A DNA stretch of 32,000 nucleotides from Horticoccus luteus (GTDB taxonomy: Bacteria > Verrucomicrobiota > Verrucomicrobiia > Opitutales > Opitutaceae). The DNA is taken from the NCBI RefSeq assembly GCF_019464535.1, contig NZ_CP080507.1:3720001-3752000 (forward strand), given 5' to 3'. Under the pieces are notes generated by a model that was not told the DNA's origin, did no database searches, and worked only from the letters and a program-made list of their open reading frames with translations. The first letter of the stretch is position 1. Every line of letters begins with the position of its first letter. Shown here piece by piece: positions 5,632 through 14,450 of the stretch. The position numbers and the translations under genes are program-made.

Positions 5632-8025
5632 TCAGAATTCGAGGCTCGTGGAGAACATCAATTGGCGGCGGTCACCATAGCCGGCGAAGTTCACGTCGGT
5701 GGCGACGATATAGGATTTATCGAACGCGTTGCGCAGATTGATCCGCAGCGTGAGCCGCGAATGCCGGGCGAGCCTGAAGCTGTAACCCGCGAGAAAATCG
5801 AACGTGGTGTAACCAGGAAACGTCACCTGCTGTTCGGCGATGTTGTCGTTGTTGGTGTCGACGTAGCCGGCGTAATTCTCGGAGCGATAGTTGAATCCCC
5901 CGCCGACGAACAACCCGCGAACGGGACCCGTCGTGAAATTATAGCGGGTAAAGAAAGTCCCCGTATATTTCGTGACGCCCGGCATGGTTTTGCCGCCCGG
6001 ATAGCCGAACTGCGGCAGATCCGTCGTGATCTTTGGATCCGCGAAGCCCACGCCAGCGCGCAGCGTCCACGCCGGGGTCGGATTTGCAGTGAACTCAAGT
6101 TCATAGCCTTTCGATTCCATTGCGCCCGCCACCGCGCGCGCGGGCGTGGACGAGCCGAACTGCGCAATGAGCAGCGGCGCGGCGACCGAGAGCGCCGAGT
6201 TCTTTTGGGTGAGGTCGAAGTAGGTGAACGACGCCGAATACCGGTTGTCCGGGGTGAGCGCCTTCAACCCAAACTCGTAGCTCTCGCCTTCGGTCGGCGG
6301 CATCAGGTTGAGATTGATATCGAAGCGGTTCACATTCGGCCAGAGCGACGTGCCGTAATTCGCGGTGAGATTTAACGTCGGAGTGAGGGCGTAGATGGCG
6401 CCGATCGATTTCGACCAAACCTTTGCGTGATCCGCCGCGCTGGTGGTGATGATCATGTTGTCGGTATTGCCCGAGGCGCCGAGCGTGTCGTTGCTATTAT
6501 ACATATCGTCGTAGCGGAATCCGATCAGCGTCTTAAATCGCCCGTCATGCCCCCAGTCCGACGCGAGCATGGCAAACCCTGCCTTCACGATCTGGCCAAG
6601 CTGAAAGCCGCTCGCTTTGCGTTCATACAGGCCGTTACCGATCAGCTGCTGGGGATAACGCAGGCCGCCATCCATGATGACCGTGTAAGGCATTCGGTCG
6701 GCGGCACTCGTCCCGAAAATCGCGCCGCGGGGGGAACCGTCCGGATTGCGATAGAGCCAAGAGACCGTGTTGTAGGTGGGATAGTCGTTCGGCTGATAAT
6801 TTCCGCCGAAGGTGAGCATGTGCTTGCCGCCCAGCTCCGGCAGCTCCCACGCCGCTTGCAGCCGATAGAAGCGGAAGCGTTCGTCCAAACCCACAAGCTG
6901 CCAGTTTTGCGTGAAGATCGGCGTGCCCGCCGCATAGCCCGGCGTGATTTGGTATCCGTTAATCGAGCTCGGGCCCACGGCTGCCGTCGCGTAACTCGCA
7001 CTTTTCATCGCCGGACCCCAGCGTTGGTTGCGATTGCGCATCGACTCGCTGACGGTGAACTGGACGTTCAAGCGATCGTTGAACAGCGCCTTCGTGAAGG
7101 CTGCGGTATAGAAAAAGTAGTCCAGGTTGCTCTGAGCATCCGGACCATAGATGCTTTGGGCATATTTCTGCGGAAGGAGTCCGACCGCCGCCGCCGCCGA
7201 TTGGGCGCTGCTATTGAGCGGCAAGGTGATGATGCCCGTGAACGGAGTCCGATGATCATAACCGCTTTCGCCCGTGATACGAATCGACGTCGTGGGATTG
7301 ATCTGCCAGAGGTAGTCGGCATACAGCCCGCGGCGCTCGATGCCTGCATAGGCGCGACCGTCTTCGGTGCTGTGATAAAGACCGGCCACCCGCAGGGCTT
7401 GGTGATCGCCGAGGGCAATATTCGTGTCGAAAGTTCCGCGCCGCAAATCGTAATCGCCACCCGTCAACTCAACCGTGGTGCGGTTCTGCTTCAGGTGAGC
7501 GATTTTCGTAATGGTGTTCACCACGCCGCCCGCGTCCTGCTGGCCGTAGATCACACTCGCCGGACCGTGCACCACCTCAATGCGCTCGGTCATGTAGCTG
7601 TCGGTGGGCGTTACCCGCGTGAGAAAATTGACAAAGAAGGAACGCGACGTGAGGCCGCGGATGGTGAAATTCGTGTCGGCGTTCGCGATTTGGAAATTGA
7701 TATTCGTCGAATATTGGACCGCTTGCGCGAAATCCAAGGCGCCCACATCACGCAACAACTCCTGGTTGAGGATGCCGATGCTCTGTGGGAGATCCTTCAA
7801 CGGGCGATTGATGTAGCCCACCGAGGTGGTGTTTGTCGCCTGATAGCCGACGTCGCGCGTGCTATCGACGGTGAACGTCGGAAGTTGCTCGGCCGGCTCC
7901 GATGTGTTGGGCGTCTGCGCGAGAGCTGGCGACAAAAGTGACGCGAGGAGCAAGGCGGAGAGGACGGGACCTCGGGCGCGGAGAAGGCGGGAGGACGGGC
8001 CGGGCAAAGGGTAAGACATGGGCAC
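5632..8025 (-). CDS. TonB-dependent outer-membrane receptor
   Basis: The 797-aa product has a signal peptide ending LLSPALAQ and a TonB-box-like LPTFTVDST. A plug region (IEVVHGPASVIYGQ) and a long beta-barrel follow, ending in the terminal aromatic STSLEF. There is no N-terminal STN/anti-sigma signalling extension. Confidence 0.9.
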   Translation of the reverse strand: MPMSYPLPGPSSRLLRARGPVLSALLLASLLSPALAQTPNTSEPAEQLPTFTVDSTRDVGYQATNTTSVGYINRPLKDLPQSIGILNQELLRDVGALDFAQAVQYSTNINFQIANADTNFTIRGLTSRSFFVNFLTRVTPTDSYMTERIEVVHGPASVIYGQQDAGGVVNTITKIAHLKQNRTTVELTGGDYDLRRGTFDTNIALGDHQALRVAGLYHSTEDGRAYAGIERRGLYADYLWQINPTTSIRITGESGYDHRTPFTGIITLPLNSSAQSAAAAVGLLPQKYAQSIYGPDAQSNLDYFFYTAAFTKALFNDRLNVQFTVSESMRNRNQRWGPAMKSASYATAAVGPSSINGYQITPGYAAGTPIFTQNWQLVGLDERFRFYRLQAAWELPELGGKHMLTFGGNYQPNDYPTYNTVSWLYRNPDGSPRGAIFGTSAADRMPYTVIMDGGLRYPQQLIGNGLYERKASGFQLGQIVKAGFAMLASDWGHDGRFKTLIGFRYDDMYNSNDTLGASGNTDNMIITTSAADHAKVWSKSIGAIYALTPTLNLTANYGTSLWPNVNRFDINLNLMPPTEGESYEFGLKALTPDNRYSASFTYFDLTQKNSALSVAAPLLIAQFGSSTPARAVAGAMESKGYELEFTANPTPAWTLRAGVGFADPKITTDLPQFGYPGGKTMPGVTKYTGTFFTRYNFTTGPVRGLFVGGGFNYRSENYAGYVDTNNDNIAEQQVTFPGYTTFDFLAGYSFRLARHSRLTLRINLRNAFDKSYIVATDVNFAGYGDRRQLMFSTSLEF

Positions 8026-8106
8026 GGGGTGTTGAGGTTGCGCACCGAACGGACGATGCGGCGAGGACCATTTGGCCGGGCGATTCGCACAGACAACGGT
8101 TTGGTT

Positions 8107-8120
8107 ACTAAAACAATTAA
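8107..8120 (-). promoter_or_regulatory. Locus motif copy A: TTAATTGTTTTAGT
   Basis: Read on the minus strand. 81 nt separate it from the ATG of the TonB-dependent receptor (8025), and it points toward that gene. Confidence 0.5.
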
Positions 8121-8144
8121 GGCAATGGTGCGAAAGCCCCGCGC

Positions 8145-8158
8145 TTAAGTGTTTAACT
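8145..8158 (+). promoter_or_regulatory. Locus motif copy B: TTAAGTGTTTAACT
   Basis: Plus strand, 44 nt upstream of the fucP-like ATG at 8203. It faces outward from copy A, 24 nt away. Confidence 0.5.
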
Positions 8159-8202
8159 TCGCCCGTGATTGAGCGCCCGAGCGACCTTTGGAGGCTGCGG
8201 CG

Positions 8203-9567
8203 ATGCCCTCTTTCCCTCCTCCGCCCCCCCGAGCCACGTCGCTCTTTCGCACGGTCGATGGTCGCAACTTCCTCATCCCCTTCCTCCTCGTCAGTTCGTT
8301 GTTTTTAATCTGGGGCTTTTGCAACGGGATGATCGACGTCATGGATAAACATTTCCAGGACCAGCTTCATCTGAGCAAGGCGCAGTCGGCTTGGGTGCAG
8401 TTTTCCCACTATCTCGGCTATTTCCTCATGGCGTTGCCCGCCGGCCTGCTTGCGCGGAAATTTGGTTACAAGCGCGCCATCATCACGGGTCTGTTGGTCG
8501 TCGCCACCGGCGGGATGTGGTTTGTGCCCGCCACTCATATCAACGCGTTCTGGGCGTTTCTGCTCGGCGTGTGCCTGATTTCCATGGGGCTCACGATTCT
8601 GGAGACGGTCGCGAATCCGTATACGACGGTGCTTGGTCCTGACCAATACGCCGCCACCCGCATCAACCTCGCGCAGTCGTGCAACGGGGTGGGGTGGATC
8701 CTCGGACCGATCGTCGGCGGTGCGTTCTTCTACTCGAGCGGCGGCGCGGCGGTCGCGCAGGGACGGCTCTACATTCCCTACGTTGCGGTCTCGGGCATCG
8801 TATTGGTCATGGCGGGCATTTTTGCTTTTTCCTCTCTGCCCGATCTCGTCGCCAGCGCGACATCCGACAACCACCCGTCGGCCGTTGATTCCGACAGGCT
8901 GTCAATCTGGCGGCGTCCGCACTTTGTCGGAGCCGTGGGTGCCCAGTTTGTCTACGTCGCCGCGCAAGCGGGCATCTTCAGTTTTTTCATTAACTATATG
9001 GTCGAGGAGGCACCGCCAGTTTCTTCAGCGTGGGTCGGGAGCTGGTTTCTTCACGGCGGAGCGGCGGTGCGCGATGGTCTGCATTATATCAACGAACAAG
9101 GCGCGAGCCGGCTCTTGGGCGGCATTGGCTTTGTTCTGTTTTTGCTCGGCCGTTTTCTGGGCGCCGGCGTCCTGCGTCGGCAGCCGGCGCATCGCGTGCT
9201 CGGTGTTTGCGCCGTCGGCAATGTCGTGTGCTGCGCACTGGTGGTGGCCCGCGCTGGCTGGATTTCTGTCGCCGCCGTCTTCCTGACGTTTCTCTTCATG
9301 TCGATTATGTTTCCGACGATCTTTGCGCTGGGGATCCACGGCCTCGGCACGCAGGCGAAGAAGGCTTCAGCGTTCATCGTGATGGCCGTCATGGGCGGCG
9401 CAGTGATGCCCAAGTTGATGGGGCATCTCGCCGATATTTATAACATGTCGGTGAGCTTTTTGATGCCCGGTGCCTGCTTCGCCGTGATCGCAACTTACGG
9501 CTTCTTGTGGGCGCGTCTGAAGCGCACCGGCGAGCTCACCAGCGCCGCGGTCCAGCGGGGAGTGTGA
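8203..9567 (+). CDS. fucP: MFS sugar:H+ symporter, L-fucose permease (FucP/GluP) family
   Basis: The product is collinear with E. coli FucP: IPFLLVSSLFLIWGFCNGMIDVM, GLTILETVANPYTTVLGP, RINLAQSCNGVG, MFPTIFALGI. The acidic residues equivalent to FucP D46 and E135 are present. I chose the ATG at 8203 because GGAGG lies 8 nt upstream. The track start at 8188 is a TTG. Confidence 0.85.
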   Translation: MPSFPPPPPRATSLFRTVDGRNFLIPFLLVSSLFLIWGFCNGMIDVMDKHFQDQLHLSKAQSAWVQFSHYLGYFLMALPAGLLARKFGYKRAIITGLLVVATGGMWFVPATHINAFWAFLLGVCLISMGLTILETVANPYTTVLGPDQYAATRINLAQSCNGVGWILGPIVGGAFFYSSGGAAVAQGRLYIPYVAVSGIVLVMAGIFAFSSLPDLVASATSDNHPSAVDSDRLSIWRRPHFVGAVGAQFVYVAAQAGIFSFFINYMVEEAPPVSSAWVGSWFLHGGAAVRDGLHYINEQGASRLLGGIGFVLFLLGRFLGAGVLRRQPAHRVLGVCAVGNVVCCALVVARAGWISVAAVFLTFLFMSIMFPTIFALGIHGLGTQAKKASAFIVMAVMGGAVMPKLMGHLADIYNMSVSFLMPGACFAVIATYGFLWARLKRTGELTSAAVQRGV

Positions 9568-9581
9568 GGCTCGCGGGGCAG

Positions 9582-9595
9582 TTAACTGTTTAACA
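9582..9595 (+). promoter_or_regulatory. Locus motif copy C: TTAACTGTTTAACA
   Basis: Plus strand, 15 nt after the fucP stop and 154 nt upstream of the second GH29 ATG (9750). It is embedded between CGGGG (9574-9578) and CCCCG (9599-9603). Confidence 0.5.
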
Positions 9596-9749
9596 TGACC
9601 CCGTGTTGATGGCGGTGGCGTCGCTGTTCTCCTCTTGGTCCCGTGACGGCTGATCTGCGATGTCTTCGTTGTCGCGCCCTTCCCCCCTCTGTTCACGGGT
9701 TCGTCGCAACTCCCTCGTCCCGTGCCCCTCGCAAAATTTCCCCTCTGCC

Positions 9750-11174
9750 ATGAACCCCTCCCCGCTCTTCTCAACCAAGCTCTTCGCCTGTCTTGCGCTC
9801 GCCTTGCTCGCGAATGCCGTCGCCGCTGCGCCCGGCTCTCCCGCGCCCGTCGAATCGTCCAATGCCACTGACGCGCGCGTGGCGTGGTTTCGCGAAGCGA
9901 AGTTCGGACTTTTCATCCACTGGGGGCTCTACGCGATTCCCGCCGGCTACTGGAAGGGCGCGAAGGTCAACGGCGTGAGCGAGTGGCTGATGAAGCGCGC
10001 GCCGGTCCCGGTCGCCGACTACCAAAAACTCGCGGCCCAATTTGACCCCCAGGCGTTCGACCCCGATGCCTGGGCGCAACTCGCCGTCGACGCCGGCATG
10101 AAGTATGTCGTCCTCACCGCGAAGCACCATGATGGCTTTGCGATGTTCAAGTCCGATGTCTCCGCCTATAACGTCGTCGATGCGACGCCGTTCAAGCGCG
10201 ACATCGTCAAAGAACTCGCCGCGGCGTGCGCGAGGCATGGTCTCCGCTTCGGTGTCTACTACTCTCAGGCCCAAGACTGGCACGAGCCGGGCGGGATGGG
10301 CAACGAATGGGACTTCCCTCCCGATGCGCAGAAGGATTCGGCCGGGGCGTTCGATCGCTATCTGCAACAGAAGGCCGAACCACAGATGCGTGAACTACTG
10401 ACGCGTTATGGGCCGCTCGCCTTGATCTGGTTCGACACGCCTGTGCGGATGAAAGAAGGCGATCGCGCGCAACGTTTCATCGATCTCGTGCGGACGCTTC
10501 AACCCGGTTGCTTGATCAATGGCCGGCTGGGCGGCGAAGGCGATTACGTCAGCACCCGCGACAATCAGATCCCGGACGCGAGTTCCTCCAAACCGTGGGA
10601 GGTGCCCGCCACCACCAACAGCAGTTGGGGTTTCAAACGCGATGATCACAATTGGAAGTCGGCCGGCGATCTGGTTTTCAAGCTCGTCGACATCGCTTCG
10701 AAGGGCGGCAACTATCTCCTGAACGTGGGTCCCGATGCCCACGGCGTCATTCCGGCCGCCGTGCAGGAAAACCTTCGCGCCGTCGGCGCTTGGCTGAAAG
10801 TCAACGGGACCGCTGTCTACGGGACCCAGCCATCGCCCTTCGGTGAAGAATACGGCGAGCTCGCGCAGAAGCTGCGCAACTACGAAAACCAGCCCGTCTT
10901 CCTCCCGTGGCGTGCGTGGCGCTGCACTGCAAGACCCGGCAAGTTGTTCTTCACGCTTTTCGAACTGGAACGCGCGAGTGGTCACGCCAATTTTGCGTTT
11001 CCGGCGTTTAAGAACCGCATCAAAGCCATCCACCTTTTGAGCGACCCGAACCAGAAGTTCGAAGTCACGACCGCGCCAGACGGCCGGCGCGCGTTTCATC
11101 CGCGCACGTTTGGCGCGGACTCGATTGCCGATACCTACGTGGTCGAGATCGAGGGCGATGCGGTGCAACGTTAG
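9750..11174 (+). CDS. GH29 alpha-L-fucosidase
   Basis: The motifs are AKFGLFIHWGLYAIPAG, KHHDGFAMFKS and LIWFDTPV. Starting at the ATG at 9750 gives a Sec-type signal peptide (MNPSPLFSTKLFACLALALLANAVAAAPG). Confidence 0.9.
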   Translation: MNPSPLFSTKLFACLALALLANAVAAAPGSPAPVESSNATDARVAWFREAKFGLFIHWGLYAIPAGYWKGAKVNGVSEWLMKRAPVPVADYQKLAAQFDPQAFDPDAWAQLAVDAGMKYVVLTAKHHDGFAMFKSDVSAYNVVDATPFKRDIVKELAAACARHGLRFGVYYSQAQDWHEPGGMGNEWDFPPDAQKDSAGAFDRYLQQKAEPQMRELLTRYGPLALIWFDTPVRMKEGDRAQRFIDLVRTLQPGCLINGRLGGEGDYVSTRDNQIPDASSSKPWEVPATTNSSWGFKRDDHNWKSAGDLVFKLVDIASKGGNYLLNVGPDAHGVIPAAVQENLRAVGAWLKVNGTAVYGTQPSPFGEEYGELAQKLRNYENQPVFLPWRAWRCTARPGKLFFTLFELERASGHANFAFPAFKNRIKAIHLLSDPNQKFEVTTAPDGRRAFHPRTFGADSIADTYVVEIEGDAVQR

Positions 11175-11349
11175 AACGCGGGTCCGGCATTGGCCGGCGC
11201 GCCTGCTCGTGCGTTTTTCCGCGAGCCGCGAGGCCCAACTTGCCCCGCGTCGCGCGCAAGCACGTTTCGCGTTCACCTGCCGGGGCCGTTCGATTTTCCC
11301 ACGCGCGCGAGCGAACTTCCGTCTCTTAAACCCTGAATTGGATTTGCCC

Positions 11350-12957
11350 ATGAAGATGAAACTCCCCCGCCTGCTGCTGCCCCTGTTTCGCGCGCTCGGC
11401 CTCGCCGCCTTCGCCGCGGCGTCGGCGGGTGCGGCGAAGGTCGCGCCTCCGAACATCGTTTACATTCTCGCCGATGACATGGGCCGCGGCGACATCTCGG
11501 CCTATAACCCACACAGCGCGTGGCCGACTCCGCACATCGACAGCCTCGCGCGTGGGGGCATGCAGTTCGCCGATGCGCACAGCAGTTCGGCGGTTTGCAC
11601 ACCCTCGCGCTACAGCATCCTCACCGGGCGCTATGCATGGCGCAGCCGGCTGAAGGAGCGTGTCGCATTTGGCTATTCCGCCCCGATCATCGAGCCCGGC
11701 CGACTGACCGTGGCGTCGCTCCTCAAAACGCATGGCTACACGACGGCAATGGTCGGCAAATGGCATCTCGGCTTCGACTGGGCGCGCAGCCGCCCGAGCA
11801 ATGCGCCGGCGCAGCTCGACGCATCCGACGAAGAGCCTTCCCAGCGCGCACCGGAGAACAACCCCGCGTTCTCCCGTTGGGTCGACTATACCAAACCGTT
11901 TCGCCAAGGCCCGGTCGACGACGGTTTCGATTCGTTCTTCGGCATCTCCGCGTCTCTCGACATGTTTCCCTACGTGTGGCTGCGCAACGATCGCGTCGTC
12001 GCGCCACCCACCCATGAAATCGCTGGCAGCAAACTCCCCGCCATGTGGCGCGCCGGCCCGATCGCCGACGATTTCGCGCACATTGATGTGCTGCCGCGCA
12101 TCACCACGGAGGCCGTCGACTTCCTGCAGCGGCAGGACGGCCGGCGCCCCTTTTTCCTCTACTTCGCGCTGACCGCTCCGCACACGCCCATCATACCCGC
12201 CCAGGACTTTGCGGGCCGGACCCACACCACGCCCTACGGCGATTTCTGCGTTCAAGTGGATCAAGCGGTCGGCGAAGTGCTGCGCGTGCTCAAGGAACGT
12301 CATCTCGAGGAAAATACGCTCGTGATCTTCGCCGCCGACAACGGCTGCAGCCCAGCCGCGAACTTGCCGCAGTTGCGAACATTTCACCACGATCCGCAAA
12401 TGGGGCTGCGTGGAGCGAAGGCGGATATCTACGAAGGCGGACATCGCATCCCGTTTATCGTCCGCTGGCCCGGCCGCGTCGCCGCCAATTCTCACAACGA
12501 CGCGCTCGTCTGCCAGATCGACTTCATGGCCACCTGCGCCGAGCTTCTTGACACGCCGCTTCCCGCCAATGCCGCCGAAGACAGCGTGAGCCTCCTGCCC
12601 ATTCTCACCGGGAAGTCGGCGCAAGTTCGCGAGACACTCGTCAATCACTCTGTCAATGGCTCGTTCGCGCTGCGGCAGGGCCCGTGGAAGCTTTGCCTCT
12701 GTCCGGATTCGGGCGGCTGGAGCGATCCCAAGCCCGGCAAAGCGCCTCCCGGTTCCCCGCCGTTTCAGCTCTTCAACCTCGACCAAGATTCCGCCGAAAC
12801 GACCAATCTCTACGCTGAACATCCTGAGATCGTCCGGCGTCTCGGCGAACTGCTGAAACAGCAAATACTCCGCGGTCGCACCACCCCCGGCCCGGTCGAA
12901 CAGAATACCGGCGGCGACGATTGGCCCCAGCTCGCATGGATGAAACAATTCCAATGA
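11350..12957 (+). CDS. Sulfatase (S1, Cys-type formylglycine motif), exported
   Basis: NIVYILADDMGRGD is followed by CTPSRYSILTGR, the C-x-P-x-R formylglycine motif. The signal peptide MKMKLPRLLLPLFRALGLAAFAAASAGA appears if translation starts at the ATG at 11350. Confidence 0.9.
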   Translation: MKMKLPRLLLPLFRALGLAAFAAASAGAAKVAPPNIVYILADDMGRGDISAYNPHSAWPTPHIDSLARGGMQFADAHSSSAVCTPSRYSILTGRYAWRSRLKERVAFGYSAPIIEPGRLTVASLLKTHGYTTAMVGKWHLGFDWARSRPSNAPAQLDASDEEPSQRAPENNPAFSRWVDYTKPFRQGPVDDGFDSFFGISASLDMFPYVWLRNDRVVAPPTHEIAGSKLPAMWRAGPIADDFAHIDVLPRITTEAVDFLQRQDGRRPFFLYFALTAPHTPIIPAQDFAGRTHTTPYGDFCVQVDQAVGEVLRVLKERHLEENTLVIFAADNGCSPAANLPQLRTFHHDPQMGLRGAKADIYEGGHRIPFIVRWPGRVAANSHNDALVCQIDFMATCAELLDTPLPANAAEDSVSLLPILTGKSAQVRETLVNHSVNGSFALRQGPWKLCLCPDSGGWSDPKPGKAPPGSPPFQLFNLDQDSAETTNLYAEHPEIVRRLGELLKQQILRGRTTPGPVEQNTGGDDWPQLAWMKQFQ

Positions 12958-13005
12958 GTCCGTGCACCTGAGCTGAGCGCTTTCTCCAACGCGCGCCCGC
13001 TCACC

Positions 13006-14430
13006 TCATGGTTCACCCCAGACCGCCGGCACCTTAAAATCTCTGGAGATGGGCGCCTGCTTGGACGGCACGGCCGCCTTCGCATAAGCCGAAAGCTTCC
13101 GCTGCAGTTCCGCCACTTTCTCCGGATTCTTCGCCGCAAGATTCGTCGTCTCGTTCGGATCGCTGCGCAAATCGAACAACTCGATGACCGGGGCCGCCAA
13201 GGCCTGTGCTTTGAGATCCTTTCTGGCCTCCGTCACTGTGCCGCCTTCCTCGCCATCCTTGACCTGCCCGTTGACAACCAGCTTCCAATCTCCGATGCGC
13301 ACCGCGCCGCCCGTTGTCGTGATGTTCAGCAAAATGTCCTCGTGCGGCGACGCCGCGCACGCGGCGATGGTCGGCCACGCATCGCGACCGTCGAGCGGAT
13401 GATCCGTGCTTGGCGACTGCGCACCGGCCAGTTTCGCCAGCGTCGGAAACCAATCCACCATGTGCAGCACCGCTGGCACGACGGAACCGGCTTTGATCTT
13501 CCCGTCCCACACCACAACGGCCGGCACCCGCACGCCGCCTTCATACAGCGAGCCCTTGCCCCCGCGCAGCGGACCATTACTCGTCACGACTCCGGGCAGC
13601 GGCCCGCCATTGTCGGAGCAGAAAACGATCAACGTGTTTTCCCGCAGGCCCTTTTCGTCCAGGGTGCGCAGGATTTGGCCAATGCCCTCGTCCATGGCCG
13701 CCACCATGCCCGCGTAAATCCGGCGGCGCCCGGTCATGGTTTGGTAGGGCGCTTCATAGCTTTCCGGCACCTGCCATGGCCCGTGCACCGCATTGAAGGG
13801 CACGTAAAGAAAAAGCGGCCGGCCTGGATCGTGGGCGGCGATGATGCGGGAGGCTTCCTGCGCGATCAGCGTCGTCGAATACCCCTCCTCGTGCAGCGCA
13901 TGATCGTCCCGGTGCCAGTCGAGGCCGCCATCCCGCCGATGGGTGAAGTAATCGAAGTTTCCGTTATACAATCCGTATTGATGCTCAAAACCACGGTGCG
14001 TCGGGAGGTAGGCGGGTTTGACGAGGCCCAAGTGCCACTTACCGGTGATGGCGGTTTCATAGCCCACGTCGTGCAACGCCTGCGCCAGCGTGCGCTCATC
14101 GAGCGGCAATCCGTATTGCGCAAACGGCCGCACCACTCCGATCTGCAATCCGTAGCGGATCGGATAACGGCCCGTCAGAAGCGCGGCGCGGGTCGGCGAG
14201 CAGAGCGGCTGCACGTAAAACTGCTCGAGCCGCGCGCCTTCCTTCGCGAGCCGGTCAATGTTCGGGGTCCGGATTTCGCTCCCGTGGAATCCGACATCCC
14301 CCCACCCTTGATCGTCGGCGAGTAGGAAAAGAATGTTCGGGCGAGGCGCCGGCGCGGAAGGCGCTCCGCGCAACCCAGTAACGGCGACCAACACCAGAGC
14401 GACGGCAAAAACGGAGACGTTTGTTTTCAT
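13006..14430 (-). CDS. Sulfatase (S1, Cys-type), arylsulfatase B / N-acetylgalactosamine-4-sulfatase-like, exported
   Basis: NILFLLADDQGWGD is followed by the CSPTRAALLTGR motif. The signal peptide is MKTNVSVFAVALVLVAVTG. The gene lies 20 nt downstream of the preceding sulfatase gene. Confidence 0.9.
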   Translation of the reverse strand: MKTNVSVFAVALVLVAVTGLRGAPSAPAPRPNILFLLADDQGWGDVGFHGSEIRTPNIDRLAKEGARLEQFYVQPLCSPTRAALLTGRYPIRYGLQIGVVRPFAQYGLPLDERTLAQALHDVGYETAITGKWHLGLVKPAYLPTHRGFEHQYGLYNGNFDYFTHRRDGGLDWHRDDHALHEEGYSTTLIAQEASRIIAAHDPGRPLFLYVPFNAVHGPWQVPESYEAPYQTMTGRRRIYAGMVAAMDEGIGQILRTLDEKGLRENTLIVFCSDNGGPLPGVVTSNGPLRGGKGSLYEGGVRVPAVVVWDGKIKAGSVVPAVLHMVDWFPTLAKLAGAQSPSTDHPLDGRDAWPTIAACAASPHEDILLNITTTGGAVRIGDWKLVVNGQVKDGEEGGTVTEARKDLKAQALAAPVIELFDLRSDPNETTNLAAKNPEKVAELQRKLSAYAKAAVPSKQAPISRDFKVPAVWGEP

Positions 14431-14450
14431 CGGGGAAATTTAGTGCGCGT

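Noticed and set aside
8107-8158. Reading the 14-nt motif as a standard sigma-70 promoter, either as a -35 hexamer or as an extended -10 (TGnTTTAGT).
   Set aside because: I found no conserved partner hexamer at 16-18 nt spacing upstream or downstream across the seven sites. The TTTAGT hexamer lacks the critical A at position 2. A specialised promoter or a regulator site remains possible, but a canonical sigma-70 reading is not supported.
9660-9749. Upstream extensions of several track ORFs: 408-530, 704-742, 1380-1484, 8188-8202, 9660-9749, 11110-11349, 16218-16283, 16497-16640, 21919-21969, 26236-26292 and 29093-29134.
   Set aside because: In each case an internal start gives a proper signal peptide or the family-typical N-terminus. 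The extension is compositionally odd or would bury the signal peptide. The exact start codons remain unverified.
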